Source: Paraspadella gotoi
Taxonomy: Eukaryota; Animalia; Chaetognatha
DNA length: 64,000 nucleotides
Assembly (NCBI GenBank): GCA_051294375.1
Contig: CM119264.1
Coordinates: forward strand, 17,857,157-17,921,156
Reading direction: 5' to 3'
Part shown: positions 46,777 through 63,121 of the stretch, in pieces
Layout: each line of letters opens with the position of its first letter
How positions within the stretch are numbered: position 1 is the first letter of the stretch
Program-made: the position numbers and the translations under genes
Notes under the pieces: generated by a model
Databases searched by the model: none
Told to the model about the DNA's origin: nothing
The model's input: the letters and a program-made list of their open reading frames with translations, nothing else

Positions 46777-49700
46777 ATGGAGCTTAATAACGCTAGACTT
46801 AAAACTCTAAACAATTATTTGTCCTCGTGGTCTTACATTGACGGTCATTCTCCAACTCAATGCGATAATGACATTTTCGATTTGTTAATCGAAACCGACA
46901 TTACTAGTCTCAAGCAAAGTTGCCCGCACCTTTATAGATGGTACAACCATATAAAATCTTTCGACATTAAAAGAATGTCATTTCCTGGTCAATCGAAGCC
47001 TGCCACCGACTACAGTTTTTTTCAAATCCAAGACAGGTCTAAAACGACAACAGTAACATCAGATTGGGTCCGTCAATCATTTATCGAGTTTTTTGTCAAC
47101 AAACATAATCATACTTACGTTCATTCATCTTCGACCATTCCCCATGATGATCCCACAATTCTCTTTGCCAATGCCGGTATGAATCAGTTCAAGCCTTTAT
47201 TTCTCGGGACAGTTGATCCTAACAATGATTTTTCTAAACTTGTGAGAGTTGTTAATTCTCAAAAATGTATCAGAGCTGGGGGTAAGCATAACGATCTCGA
47301 TGACGTGGGGAAAGACGTCTATCACCATACATTTTTTGAAATGCTTGGAAACTGGTCTTTTGGAGATTATTTCAAGCAAGAAATTTGTTCTTGGGCATAT
47401 GAACTCCTTGTTCAAGTTTGGGGAATGAATCCCAAAAGGCTATATTTTACCTACTTTGGTGGTGAACCATCGACTGGACTTGAACCCGATCTGGAAACTA
47501 GAGAAATTTGGAAAAGCATTGGTGTACCTGAAGATCATATTTTGCCTGGAAATATGAAAGATAACTTTTGGGAAATGGGAGAGACTGGTCCTTGTGGTCC
47601 TTGTTCAGAAATACACTATGATCGCATTGGTGGAAGAAATGCATCCTCGCTAGTCAACATGGATGACCCAGATGTCCTTGAAATTTGGAACTTGGTTTTT
47701 ATGACGTACAATCGTGAATTGGATAAATCCCTAAAGCCTCTTCCTAAGAAGCATATTGATTGTGGATTGGGTTTTGAGCGGGTAGTTTCCGTTTTGCAAA
47801 ACAAAAGATCAAACTATGATACTGATGTTTTTGTACCTTTATTTGAAGCATTGAAAAAAGCCACTGGAGCAAGGGAATATACTGGAAAAGTTGGAAAAGA
47901 CGATGTGGATGGTGTTGACATGGCTTATCGGGTTTTAGCCGATCATGTGCGGACACTAACGGTAGCAATATCAGACGGTGGCCGACCTGATAATACTGGC
48001 CGAGGCTATGTCCTTAGGAGGATTCTGCGCCGTGGGATCAGATATGCTTCAGAAAAACTTGGAGGAAAACCTGGAACATTTGCCAATTTAGTTGATACTG
48101 CTGTCCTGTTGCTCGGAGATTTTTTTCCCGAAGTTAAAAAAGATGTCCAGGGCATCAAGGATATAATCAATGAAGAAGAAACAATGTTTCTAAAGACATT
48201 AACCAGGGGTCAAAGAGTTCTTGAGCGGACCATTGAAAGGCTAGAAAACCAAGTCATCCCTGGTGATGTGGCGTGGAGAATGTATGACACCTATGGGTTT
48301 CCTTTAGATTTGACTCAGTTGATGGCTGAAGAAAAAGGTTTTTCCGTTGACTGCCAAGCTTACGAGAACTCTAAAAAGCAAGCACAACTTTTATCTCAAG
48401 GAATTTCTGGAGGAGTGGAAGATAAAATTGGTTTAGATGTTCATGCTCTTAATTTCCTTAAAGATAATGGTTATGAAATTACTGATGATAAATGTAAATA
48501 TGCATATTCCACACAGTTTGGTAATGATTATTTTTTTAACTCGATTACAGCTAAAGTTATAGCTATTCGTCGTAACAAAACTTTTGTAGATTTTGTCGAA
48601 ACAGGAGAGGATTGTGGACTTATACTGAATAAAACTTGCTTTTATGCTGAACAAGGTGGTCAAATCTATGATCAAGGATATATTACCAAAGAAAGTGATA
48701 ATGAAACTGAATTTCAAGTCAGAAATGTTCAAGTTCGTGGGGGTTATATTTTACACATAGGAAAAGTTGAAGGCGTCCTAAAAGTTGGCGATTCAGTAAT
48801 GCTGCACATTGATGAAGATCGGCGGAAAAATATTATGCCTAATCATACTGGAACTCATATTCTAAACTTTGCTCTTCGAAAAGTTTTAGGTGAAGCTGAT
48901 CAGAAGGGATCTCTGGTTGCTCCGGATCGGCTACGTTTTGATTTTACGGCTAAAGGAGCGATGACCGTTCCGCAAATTAAAGAAACTGAAAATCTTGTTA
49001 ATGATCTCGTTGAAAAGAAACTTCCGGTTTATGCAAAAGAAGCTTCTTTGCCTTTGGCTAAATCAATTCAAGGATTACGTGCGATGTTTGATGAAACTTA
49101 TCCAGACCCTGTTAGAATTGTCAGTGTTGGCATTTCAGTTGAAAACTTGCTGAAATCTCCCGCTGCCGGCCATGGATATGACTATTCAGTCGAATTTTGT
49201 GGTGGTACTCATTTGACCAATTCCAGTCACATTAAAAGCATGGCGATAATTTCTGAAGATGCCATAGCTAAAGGTATTCGACGTATGGTGGCTTTAACTG
49301 GCAGCGAGGCAGCCAAAGCTGAACTAAGAGCAAATCAATTTAATGTCAAGGTGGAAGCCCTACTTGTTAAAATAAAGGATAATGAAAAGTCCAATCAGTT
49401 TTCTCAGAAAGTCTTAACCTCTGAAATAAATCAGTTGAACGAAGAGCTGGCTCCCTCAGTCATTTCTTATTGGAAGAAGGATGAAATGCGGAATAAATTG
49501 TTGACAATTAAAAAAGAACTTGACAACCAAGTTCGTAGAGCTCAATTGGACCTCGTAAACTCTGTCTCAAAAGAAGCTAAAAGGCTTATTGATCTGGAAC
49601 CAGATCGTATTTTTTTTGTTCATCAATTTCACGCTTTGTCTAATGGTAAAGCTTTGGATGGCGCTGTGAAACAATTCAAACTTCACTCTGCCGGCACAGC

Positions 49701-49938
49701 TTGCATGTTTTTTAGTGTCGATGACACAAATGAAAAAATTCTCTGCATGAGCTCTGTACCAAAAGAAGCTGTGAATAAGGGATTAAAAGCCAATGAGTGG
49801 GTTGCTCATGTTTCATCTTTAATGAACGGTAAAGGTGGGGGTAAAGAATCCTCTGCCCAGGCTACGGGAACCAACTACAAATGTTTAAAAGAAGTCTTTG
49901 AAATGGCCCAAAAATTTGTAAAAACTAAATTGATTTGA
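46777..49938 (+). CDS. AARS1: Cytoplasmic alanine--tRNA ligase with an N-terminal eEF1B-like GST-C extension; intronless
   Basis: [61 protein letters not shown], editing motifs NHTGTH and EFCGGTH, C-Ala GKGGGK. Start taken at ATG 46777, 8 nt after a splice acceptor. Confidence 0.97.
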   Translation: MELNNARLKTLNNYLSSWSYIDGHSPTQCDNDIFDLLIETDITSLKQSCPHLYRWYNHIKSFDIKRMSFPGQSKPATDYSFFQIQDRSKTTTVTSDWVRQSFIEFFVNKHNHTYVHSSSTIPHDDPTILFANAGMNQFKPLFLGTVDPNNDFSKLVRVVNSQKCIRAGGKHNDLDDVGKDVYHHTFFEMLGNWSFGDYFKQEICSWAYELLVQVWGMNPKRLYFTYFGGEPSTGLEPDLETREIWKSIGVPEDHILPGNMKDNFWEMGETGPCGPCSEIHYDRIGGRNASSLVNMDDPDVLEIWNLVFMTYNRELDKSLKPLPKKHIDCGLGFERVVSVLQNKRSNYDTDVFVPLFEALKKATGAREYTGKVGKDDVDGVDMAYRVLADHVRTLTVAISDGGRPDNTGRGYVLRRILRRGIRYASEKLGGKPGTFANLVDTAVLLLGDFFPEVKKDVQGIKDIINEEETMFLKTLTRGQRVLERTIERLENQVIPGDVAWRMYDTYGFPLDLTQLMAEEKGFSVDCQAYENSKKQAQLLSQGISGGVEDKIGLDVHALNFLKDNGYEITDDKCKYAYSTQFGNDYFFNSITAKVIAIRRNKTFVDFVETGEDCGLILNKTCFYAEQGGQIYDQGYITKESDNETEFQVRNVQVRGGYILHIGKVEGVLKVGDSVMLHIDEDRRKNIMPNHTGTHILNFALRKVLGEADQKGSLVAPDRLRFDFTAKGAMTVPQIKETENLVNDLVEKKLPVYAKEASLPLAKSIQGLRAMFDETYPDPVRIVSVGISVENLLKSPAAGHGYDYSVEFCGGTHLTNSSHIKSMAIISEDAIAKGIRRMVALTGSEAAKAELRANQFNVKVEALLVKIKDNEKSNQFSQKVLTSEINQLNEELAPSVISYWKKDEMRNKLLTIKKELDNQVRRAQLDLVNSVSKEAKRLIDLEPDRIFFVHQFHALSNGKALDGAVKQFKLHSAGTACMFFSVDDTNEKILCMSSVPKEAVNKGLKANEWVAHVSSLMNGKGGGKESSAQATGTNYKCLKEVFEMAQKFVKTKLI

Positions 49939-50322
49939 GTATGAAGTCGATTTAAACTGAGACAGCTAGGGTATAACGTATTTGTGATGCTTAAACATGG
50001 AAGTAACTCGTTTTAAAAGATTTTTTTTAATTTTTAGTTAAAAAATACCCAAACTGATTGACACTGAACTTATTTCATTGTTAAAAAAATGGCATATCTC
50101 TAAGGCGACATAACGGTTATTTTCTAACCGAATTTATTCAATTTTTTAATCTGATACTTTCCCGCTATTATGTACTGCATTTCTCCTGTTACTTGTTTTG
50201 GTTGACTTTTTGCAGAAATCTTTCTTAAATAGCTTATTTGTTGTTTTGATCAATGTATGACTGCAACGGGTGATTTATTAAATTATATTTTTTAGATTAT
50301 CGTTTAATCGTTTAAAAACTAA

Positions 50323-53335
<3,013 letters not shown>

Positions 53336-53781
53336 AATGCAGTCACCACCGCTTGCTGCCGCTTGCCGTATCCATTTTTGGATTCGGAAATAGGAATCAT
53401 GAGAATCCTTGGAACAATTTCATCTCTATCGCATAGTTTTTGATATTAAGAAACATTCCGTCTTGATAAGACAAATTTTAAATCGTTTTATATATAATGC
53501 TTACGGTTTAAGTAAATATGATAGCGGTCGCGTCCCGACCGAGAAGCTTTCGGTGAAAATCTAAATTTATGAGTCTCTTTTTTTTTTCGCGAATATGATC
53601 GCTGAAGCATTTTACTCATTTTTAAAGTTTTACTCATTTTAAACAGTGATCACTGGTCGGGGTTTTTTTTATTGCAAATTTTGAGATTACGCATTGGCCA
53701 ATTGATAAGAGCCTTTCAAACAATTTTTATTAATTTGGTTTTCAGGGTCTTTCAATGTTAAGTAGACATTAAATTTAGAAA

Positions 53782-54954
<1,173 letters not shown>

Positions 54955-55360
54955 TTTACCTAAGTCCTTGAAGAAAACGTAAAAATATTGTTTAAATTCC
55001 AGTTTTCCATCTTGGATACCTTTGTGGGATATCGCGACATTTTGTTTTCCATTGCGTTCTAGATTGAATTTATTAAAAAATTATCTCAACGTTTTCTTTA
55101 AGCTAATGTAAAATACTAACCTGTACGCGAGGTCCAAAATTTTAAACTGATAAACTGCTTGATGAACATGTACAATAACGATTTAGTCTTCAAATTAGCT
55201 TCCTACGGATATTAAATAAAAAAGCCTACGTAATACTGCTTCTGATGGCGGGAGACCAGCCCTTAATTTTGGGTAAGTAAAATGTTTTTCCAAACGGGTT
55301 TGGGGAAATAACTTGCTATTATCTTTTCTTTTATCTTATCTTTATCTTTATCTTATATTT

Positions 55361-55410
55361 TCATCAGTGCTGATGAAGACTCTAAAATGCAGAGTCGAAA
55401 CATGTCTTTC
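55361..55410 (+). ncRNA. Degenerate minimal hammerhead motif (Penelope-like)
   Basis: CTGATGA-A-GACTCT(AAAATGC)AGAGTC-GAAAC-AT-GTC. Helix I cannot form locally, and upstream TCATCAG is the reverse complement of CTGATGA. Confidence 0.55.
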
Positions 55411-55550
55411 AAAAACTGTCAAAAAATTCGTTGTCAAAACAAATAAAAATTGTTTTTCTCCTAATGCCCAAAAACAACGAAAATCGAAAGTCTATACATA
55501 ATGTCTATCTTTTCTTTAAAAAAAAATCAGGACCGCTTCTTTCCTCGAAG

Positions 55551-58192
55551 ATGCAGAGAGTTGACCTAAGCCAACCGCGTTGGGACCAGTCGACTTTCAT
55601 CGGTAGATATAAGTATTTTTCCGAAATCACCGATTCAAAACTCTCTTTGCTAAGTGACAAAGAGCTGGAGGGTGCAAAACGCCTGCTGGAGCTTTACAAG
55701 GTAACTATCTTATTAGCTGTTCTTAATATTCATTCCCTGTACTCCAAAGCAGCGAAGAATTTATAAACGCCCCTTATTTGCCATAGTTTCTTCGTGTTCA
55801 CCGCAGGGTAGATAATAATTTTTGGCGACTGTTTGGTTTCGAACTTAATAAATGTTCGAAATGAACGGAAGCCAAATACAAAATATTTGTCGATTTTTAA
55901 ATTTGAAATTATATTTACTTTCGTAAAACTCGAAAACAAATAATTAGTCGTTATATTTTTTTCCAAAGTAGCTAAAACAAGAACCGGAGGGAGTGACGGA
56001 GGAAGAGTTATGGAGGGCCAAGCACATCTATGAATCCGCCTTCCACCCTGACACGGGCGAGAAGCAAAATGTTTTTGGGAGGATGTCGTTTCAAGTGCCC
56101 GGAGGCATGCTGATCACAGGTGAGCTTCACTGTGATGATGAAGATTGAAGAAGTATTTGAAGAGACAGTAATTATTGTTATGAGTTAGTGATAGAACCGT
56201 TCAATATAAGCAGTCCCTGAGCTTCGGATCAGGCTGTAACACCATGTTACAGGCGGGTTAAGCGCCCCGTCCCTCTTAACTGCCAGACGACCACCGGGCT
56301 AGAACCCCGGACCTTTGGGTTGGGAGGCGAATGTCTTGCCTCCGGCACCAATGGCCGCTGATGAACGGTTGGTGGATTTTAGTCCACCATATATTGTTAT
56401 TTTTATCCTTTTACTGCCCTTTTATGGTATTTTAATATATTTGCTTTTTCAAAATCCTTTTTTAGTACTTCCGTGGGCCAAATCTACTGACACGAAGTAA
56501 AAATAAAAATTTATGATATGTGACCTACCAATCATTAAAAGAATTTTATCATACCATATAACGCTATAATCATTGACGTTTTTGAAATGTTAAAAACGAT
56601 GGTTAAAATGTGTTTAAAACGGGCTTAAAATGAGTTGATGGTGGTATGTATGAACTCTAGGGTGAAGTGAAAGTTTGGAATCAAAATTTAGCAGTTATAT
56701 CTTGAAACCCATCATATTAGTAAAAACTGTAGTCTAGTTATTCTTTTTTTACAAATATAGTAGCCCGGTCAGCTTATTTTGTACATAATACTACCTTATA
56801 TGATGTCAAAATTTATCTAACTTTTAATCTTTATCAGAATCCATTTATAAAAATTTAAAATTTTTAAAAAATTTTAAGCATTTTGTATGTATTGTTAAAA
56901 AGTCAGGGGCAAGATAGCTTATTTATTAAATGAATGGATAGTTTTTATATTGGTTGTACCAATTTCATATTAAAATGCTTCCATGCATGAGGAAAATTAA
57001 TTTAATCCAAATCTAACAGCATAAGTTAATTTGGTTATAAAAGGTTATGTTGGCTAGAGTTGATATGGGTTTGTGGTAGTTAAGGGTGGTTTGGTGTAAT
57101 CAGGGAAGGTCTTAAACAGTGAATGTACAAAAATATTTATAATGTGGGTAACTTTACTTTTCCGTTTATCTTGATTCAGTAAACCATGGCAATGATTTTT
57201 TTCGTGTCAGTGGATTTGGCCCACGGGGTAATATTGTCAGTTAGTTTAATTTCTTTTTCTTTTCAAGATTTCTGATTTTTTTAGGTGCTATGCTTCAGTG
57301 GTATAGAACTAACACCGGTGTCATCTTTTGGCAATGGGTCAATCAGTCATTTAATGCCCTCGTCAACTACACTAACAGAAACGCTAATGTTAAGCAAAAC
57401 GATTCGCACATTTTGGTTGCTTACCTATCCGCAACCTCGGCGGCCCTCGTCACAGCATTGGGTCTCAAATCTTACCTCGCTAAACGGGTGAGAATCGTTT
57501 ACATGACATTGTAAGATTATAAAACCGTTAAGAAGTTATGTAGCTTTGAGAAGCTATTAAGCTTCTCTGATACACAGCTTATATACTTTGGGTAACTCGG
57601 TAATCTTCTTTTCCCCTCAAGGCTTCGCCGTTGTTCCAACGCTACGTTCCCTTTGCGGCTGTAGCCGCCGCCAACATGGTCAACATCCCACTGATGCGCC
57701 GCTCCGAGCTTGAAAATGGCGTCTCCTGTTTCGACAACCAAGGTGAGGATCGAAAACGTTTCCTTGCTGTATTTCGTGTCATTTCAATTTTCTTCCAGCT
57801 TAACCGGTTATCCACATTTTTATGATACTGCAGGCAACCTGGTTTTGAATAGTCGGACAGCGGCAGTATTGGGTATCACGCAGGTGGTGTTTTCGCGGAT
57901 CGTAATGGCTGCTCCGGGAATGACAATTATGCCTCTTATGATGGAAGGATTGGAAAAGCGTCCCTGGATGCAGACGGCGAGAGTACGGCCTCTCCACGGT
58001 GGCATTCAAGTCCTTTTCGTTGGATGCTTTCTGACAATCATGACGCCCGCCGCATGCTCCTTATTTCCGCAACGAGCCTCGTTGAAGACTGAATCTATCA
58101 AAAGTTGGGAACCACGCGTCTATGAGGACGCGTTCAAAGATCGGGTCGAAACAGACCTTCCTGCCACCCTTTTTTTCAACAAAGGACTTTGA
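55551..58192 (+). CDS. SFXN: Sideroflexin (mitochondrial inner membrane transporter; SFXN2-like)
   Basis: Exons 55551-55700, 55972-56119, 57285-57487, 57622-57742, 57834-58192. [64 protein letters not shown], terminal FNKGL. Confidence 0.96.
55735..55883 (+). ncRNA. H/ACA snoRNA candidate in sideroflexin intron 1
   Basis: Hairpin CCCTGT/GCAGGG with CGAAGAA/TTCTTCG, H box AGATAA 55810, hairpin TTTGGC/GCCAAA with TTTCGAAC/GTTCGAAA, ACA 55878-55880. Confidence 0.75.
56156..56391 (-). mobile_element. Structured tRNA-containing repeat, copy 2
   Basis: Near-identical to 43577-43812. Confidence 0.8.
56468..57228. mobile_element. TA-flanked MITE (Tc1/mariner-like) in sideroflexin intron 2
   Basis: About 28-bp TIRs CCGTGGGCCAAATCTACTGACACGAA / TTCGTGTCAGTGGATTTGGCCCACGG with TA on both sides. 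Confidence 0.75.
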
Positions 58193-58624
58193 CTAAATTT
58201 GAATTTTGTGTTATTTGTTTTTAGGGAAAAAGTTTTTACTGTTGTTAAAATTTAACTATCGCATACCAGTCATTTTAGTCGTTACGAAGAGAAGATGGGA
58301 TTCTAAGATTGTAATTGTATTAAACAACTTGCGTATATATTTAATCTTACTTTCTTTAAAACTGGACTATTTTCGTTAAACTTAAAATAAGATTTTTCGA
58401 TGATCCTTACCAAAATTTTATGAATTTGTTTAATCTCTTATTCGCTTCAATCGATTTATACATTTGTTAATACTCGATTCATATTTTTTTACAGTTACTA
58501 GTTTTAAAGCCATAACTGCATAACACGTTTCGTGTCCTCCGGGCTTAAAATTTTCCAAGTAAGGATTGGTATGTTTATTAAACTAGTTTAAGTAAAATCA
58601 CTTGCTATCCATTTTTCCTGCAGA

Positions 58625-59271
58625 ATGCGTTACGTGGCAGCATACTTGCTCGCGGCCCTTAACGGCTCAACCCCAACGAAGGGTGACATCGAGAAGATTC
58701 TTGGATCCGTCGGAATCGAAGTTGACGACGAGCGATTAGGCCAGGTTATGAAGGCCCTTGAGGGAAAGGATTTGGACGAGGTTATCGAAGCCGGTAAGTA
58801 AAAGTATAAATTAGTATGCAAACTGAATTAGTAGTTCAGGCTTGAAACTAACTATCGTTTTTGGTTTAGGCCGATCTCGATTGGGTTCCGTTCCAACGGG
58901 AGGCGCCGCTAGCGCTGCTCCCGCTGCCGCCTCCGGAGGTGACGCCGCTCCAGCTGCTGCGGAGGTATGTAGACGCTGTTGTATCTTTTATGCCCTCCGT
59001 CGACCGACAGAAGCGAAATTTCCGTTTCTTTTTCTGTCTTTTTACTTTCGGAGGAATAAAAAACGAAAAGGGATTTTTTGCCCGAGCGTCGAGCGGATTT
59101 TAATTACCGACACTCATTTCCTAAATCTCTACAAAAAAATTAAAATTGTCACACGAAAAACCCGTTCGTAAATTTTATTACTTTTTTCTTCAGACCAAGG
59201 AAGAAGAGAAAAAGAAAGAAGAGAGCGAAGAGGAGTCGGACGACGACATGGGATTCGGACTTTTCGATTAA
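58625..59271 (+). CDS. RPLP2: 60S acidic ribosomal protein P2
   Basis: Exons 58625-58793, 58871-58964, 59194-59271. MRYVAAYLLAAL...IEKILGSVGIE...[17 protein letters not shown]. Confidence 0.97.
58994..59136 (+). ncRNA. H/ACA snoRNA candidate in the last RPLP2 intron
   Basis: Hairpin CCTCCG/CGGAGG with GACAGAA/TTCTGTC, H box ATAAAA 59056, hairpin AGGGATTT/AAATCTCT with GTCG/CGAC, ACA 59131-59133. Confidence 0.75.
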
Positions 59272-59525
59272 AACCGCACCCAGCTTTTGGGGAGAAGACC
59301 AGCCGCTTTGGGCTCTATTTGGGAATCTATTTTGTTTTTCTAAGACTTTCCAATTTGTTTTCAGTGTCTATTTAGAATATTGCAAAATGTTTTGTTAATT
59401 TGAAATTGATTCCAGCGAGCGATTGCATATTTGTTTGTATTTAATCTTACAACAAAAGAATTTGTTTTTCCCCCTCCCGAGGTATCCTTAACTGGATTTA
59501 GTCTCACTTCTGCCGAAGACCAACA

Positions 59526-60884
59526 ATGTCTAAGCCAAGAGTAAGTAAATTTGTTTGGCTGAAGTAGTAATCATACATATATGATCACTAACTTCAAAAA
59601 TTTTAATTTTCTACATTTGATAAAATAAATATAATTTTATTTAAAAAAATTTTCGAATGCATCACTATAATTAGATTTTCCCTAAGCCGTTAAGTGGGAT
59701 GAAGATGACTTCCGTAACTTTAACCCCTCAAGCAGCCATGGAATTGAGCCAGGCTTGGGGGGTGGGGGTCGTTAAGCCCCGAAGTGTTTTACGGTCGTCC
59801 TCGCGATTCCCGTAGGGCAGATACCAGGTTGGGACTAAACCCAGTTCCTCGTGATCACGATCTAATGGCTTTACTCAATGAACCACCGGGTCACGACTGG
59901 AGGAACAGGGTATTGGCTGGGTGAATTTTATTTTATCATATTTTAATTTTTCTTTAACATTAATTTGTTGGGTAAAATCTTTGATAGTTACTGCAATTAA
60001 GCAGGAATAGACTACTTGATATTTTACGTTTATACTATAATTCACTTTAATTACTATTTTGCAATACCTAATCTGCTCTTATATGTTTTAAAGGTTTACT
60101 TCGACGTTACTATTGGTGGCAAGGACGCCGGCCGCATCGTTTTTGAACTGCGCGCCGACGTGGTTCCCAAGACTGCTGAGAACTTTCGCGCCCTTTGCAC
60201 TGGGGAGAAAGGATTTGGATTTAAGGTAATCTAACTCTTAATCTCGGTTCTATGCTGCTCCGTGCCTGTTATTAATTTTCCTGTTTCTGACTACAATTAA
60301 TTGTTTTCCTTTCATTTTTTGGCTTTTTTAAACTTTACCAGGGATCCTCTTTCCATCGTATCATCCCAAGTTTTATGATCCAAGGAGGCGACTTCACCCG
60401 TGGAAACGGTACCGGAGGCAAATCTATCTATGGCGAGAAGTTTGCCGATGAGAACTTCTCCCTGAAGCATACCGGGCCCGGAATTCTCTCAATGGGTGAG
60501 ATAAAGAATTAAAACACGTATTTTATTACGCGAAAACTATATGAAATGAGTACAACCAATATAAAAAAAATTATCCAATATCCATTCATTTAATAAACAA
60601 GCTATCTTGCCCCTGATTTTGAACTCCATCACTCTTACAAGACAATATAGCAGGACCATTTCAGAAGAACATGTTTACATTGTTTCTCAGCTAACGCTGG
60701 ACCGAACACCAATGGCAGCCAGTTTTTCATCTGCACGGCCAAGACCACTTGGCTGGATGGCAAGCACGTTGTCTTCGGCTCTGTCATCGACGGGATGGAT
60801 ATTGTGAAGAGAATGGAGGCCGTAGGTTCCGATAGCGGAAAGACTAGCAAGCCAGTCGCTATTAGTGACTGCGGAGCTCTCTAG
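59526..60884 (+). CDS. PPIA: Cyclophilin A-type peptidyl-prolyl isomerase
   Basis: Exons 59526-59540, 60094-60225, 60342-60495, 60691-60884. [57 protein letters not shown]. Confidence 0.96.
59680..59895 (-). mobile_element. Possible tRNA-derived SINE in cyclophilin intron 1
   Basis: GC-rich island; minus strand shows an A-box-like TGGTTCATTGAG and a B-box-like GGTTTAGTCCC at tRNA-like spacing. Single copy in the window. Confidence 0.35.
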
Positions 60885-61360
60885 AGGTTAGTTGATTTAT
60901 ATAGTACTATTTGTTGGCATCTTTCAAATGCTATAGCTATTCTTTTCATCTGCTTTCAGATTTGAATCCAAAGGGGATACCGATGTTTTAGCATACTAAG
61001 CAGTAAGCAAGTGTTATAAAGCATTCCTCGAACTTTACTTCTCCGCGTGAATTCTTTCCCTGCGTGTAGGATCGAACAAATTTTATTTTTGGAAAAAAAT
61101 AATGCTTCTTTAAGCTTTTTCTTTTCTATACATTCCCTTTTTGATATATTGATTTGGATAAAGGAACTGTTTTTTGGTTTTTGCTCTTACTACGTTTGTT
61201 TCTAAATAGATCATGTCATTATAAATCATTCGCATTTTTTGAGTTTATATTCAAAAAGGTATCCCTTTCTCTAGCAGATTTTTAAATTACATAATTTGTC
61301 TTTAAACCCTGAACGGGCAATCCTTGTTCCACGTGGTGACCTTGACAAGACCACTTTAGG

Positions 61361-62901
61361 ATGGGCAGGTAACTATAACTAATAATGTTAAATTCTTGTC
61401 CTTATCTGCCTTACTCATTACATCTCTTTGACCAGGGAAGACAAATCGACCTGGAAATCCAACTATTTCCTTAAACTGATCAACCTCCTGGACGAATATC
61501 CAAAGTTTTTCATCGTTGGCGCCGATAATGTTGGGTAGGTCTTTTTATCTTTAACTTTTAACTGTTGGTTGAGCTGGTTAGAAAGACAGAATAAATTTTT
61601 TTACACTACTTCGCATGGCGGTCTTCAGGTCCAACCAGATGCAGCAGATTCGAATCGCGCTCCGCGGAACTGCAGAAGTTCTCATGGGGAAGAACACCAT
61701 GATGCGGAAAGCCATACGCGGACATCTTGATTCGAATCCAGCACTCGAAAAAGTGAAATGAGCTTGAACCGTTTTGGTTGTTCGAATTCGACCTCAATAT
61801 TTTTTTTTCTTTTTACAAGGTCCTTCCTCACATCGTGGACAATATTGGATTCGTATTCACCAAGGCCGATCTTGTTGACGTCCGCGACAAATTGTTGAGT
61901 AACAAAAAGCCAGCTTCGGCAAAGGCCGGGGCCCTTGCGCCCATAGACGTCTTTGTCCCGGCCATGAACACCGGTTTGGGTCCTGAGAAAACTTCGTTCT
62001 TTCAGGTAGGCTAACACCTCAAATGACGTATCCTATTATTTTTAAACCTCCCTTTTTCTCTGGAAATTAAGCGCAAATGTATTATGAAATATAATTAAAT
62101 TTATTATTTATCTAATGAGAGGTTTTCGAATCTACTTCGAAAAAAGCTATGCTCCAAAAATTTTAATTAAAAAGAAAGTTGCTCAAAATTAAATCCAGGC
62201 TCTCCAAATTGCCACGAAAATCACGAGAGGAACCATCGAAATTCTCAACGAAGTACACATCATCAAGAAAGACGAAAAAGTCGGAGCTTCGGAGGCGACA
62301 CTTCTTGGGATGTTAAACATCCATCCCTTTTCCTATGGGCTGCAAATTCTCCAAGTTTACGATAATGGTTCCATCTACCATCCTTCGATCTTGGATATTA
62401 CTGACGAAGACATCCGAAAAAGATTCTGCGAAGGGGCGGCAATCGTCACCATGACCTGTTTGGGCATTGGGTATCCTACTACCGCTTCGGTCCCCCACAT
62501 GGTTGCCAATGCTTTTAGGTACGAACAAATCGATTTGAGCATTTTAAATAAGACCCAAATGATGAAAGTAATGTCTGTCAATCCACTGATTTCGATGAAG
62601 TTAATTTTTATCCTGATAATTTGATAGTCGCCGTTTTTTGGAGAGATTATTTCGCAAAAGACTATCGTAAACTTTTTTGAATTTCAGAAACTTGTTGGCC
62701 GTCGCGGTGGAGACCGATTATACGTTCAAGGAAGCTGAGGCCATCAAGGAGTTCATCGCCAACCCGGAAAAGTTTGCTGTGGCCGCTCCAACAGCCGCGG
62801 CGCCCGTTACGGCCGCTGAGGCGAAGGAGGAAGCTCCCGCGGCGAAGGAAGAGTCGGAGGAAGAATCCGACGAAGATATGGGTTTCGGGCTATTTGACTG
62901 A
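61361..62901 (+). CDS. RPLP0: 60S acidic ribosomal protein P0 (uL10)
   Basis: Exons about 61361-61368, 61436-61534, 61630-61752, 61820-62005, 62200-62518, 62688-62901. [51 protein letters not shown], terminal [12 protein letters not shown]. Confidence 0.97.
62555..62620 (+). ncRNA. Box C/D snoRNA with an 18S guide (SNORD110-like site) in the last RPLP0 intron
   Basis: C ATGATGA 62559; guide TCTGTCAATCC complementary to 18S GGATTGACAGA; D' CTGA 62586, D CTGA 62613, 71 nt from the acceptor. The fifth-nucleotide rule gives the first U of GGAUUG. Confidence 0.85.
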
Positions 62902-63121
62902 TCACCAGTGGAAGGTTGATTAAGAGGGAAAAAAATTGTATTTCTGAGTCTTATTTTACTGTTTGTTAAGAATTATATTTATAAAAATTCCAGCGATAAT
63001 TTCAAGAAGCATTCCCTCTGTTTTTGTTTCAGAATTCTAAGTTATTTCAAAATATAAAGGTTTTTCTTTAGGTTTATCGCTAATTTTAAAGTCGGTTGAG
63101 AAAAATTCTCAGAATTTATCA

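Noticed and set aside
55159-55245. C/D-like motif pair downstream of RPS9
   Set aside because: No recognisable guide, not clearly intronic, and it contains AATAAA that may instead be an RPS9 poly(A) signal, which is a counterpoint to the fully polycistronic model.
59482-59501. U12-type signal GTATCCTTAAC upstream of cyclophilin
   Set aside because: It matches both a U12 donor and a branch consensus, but I found no matching partner site; treated as chance.
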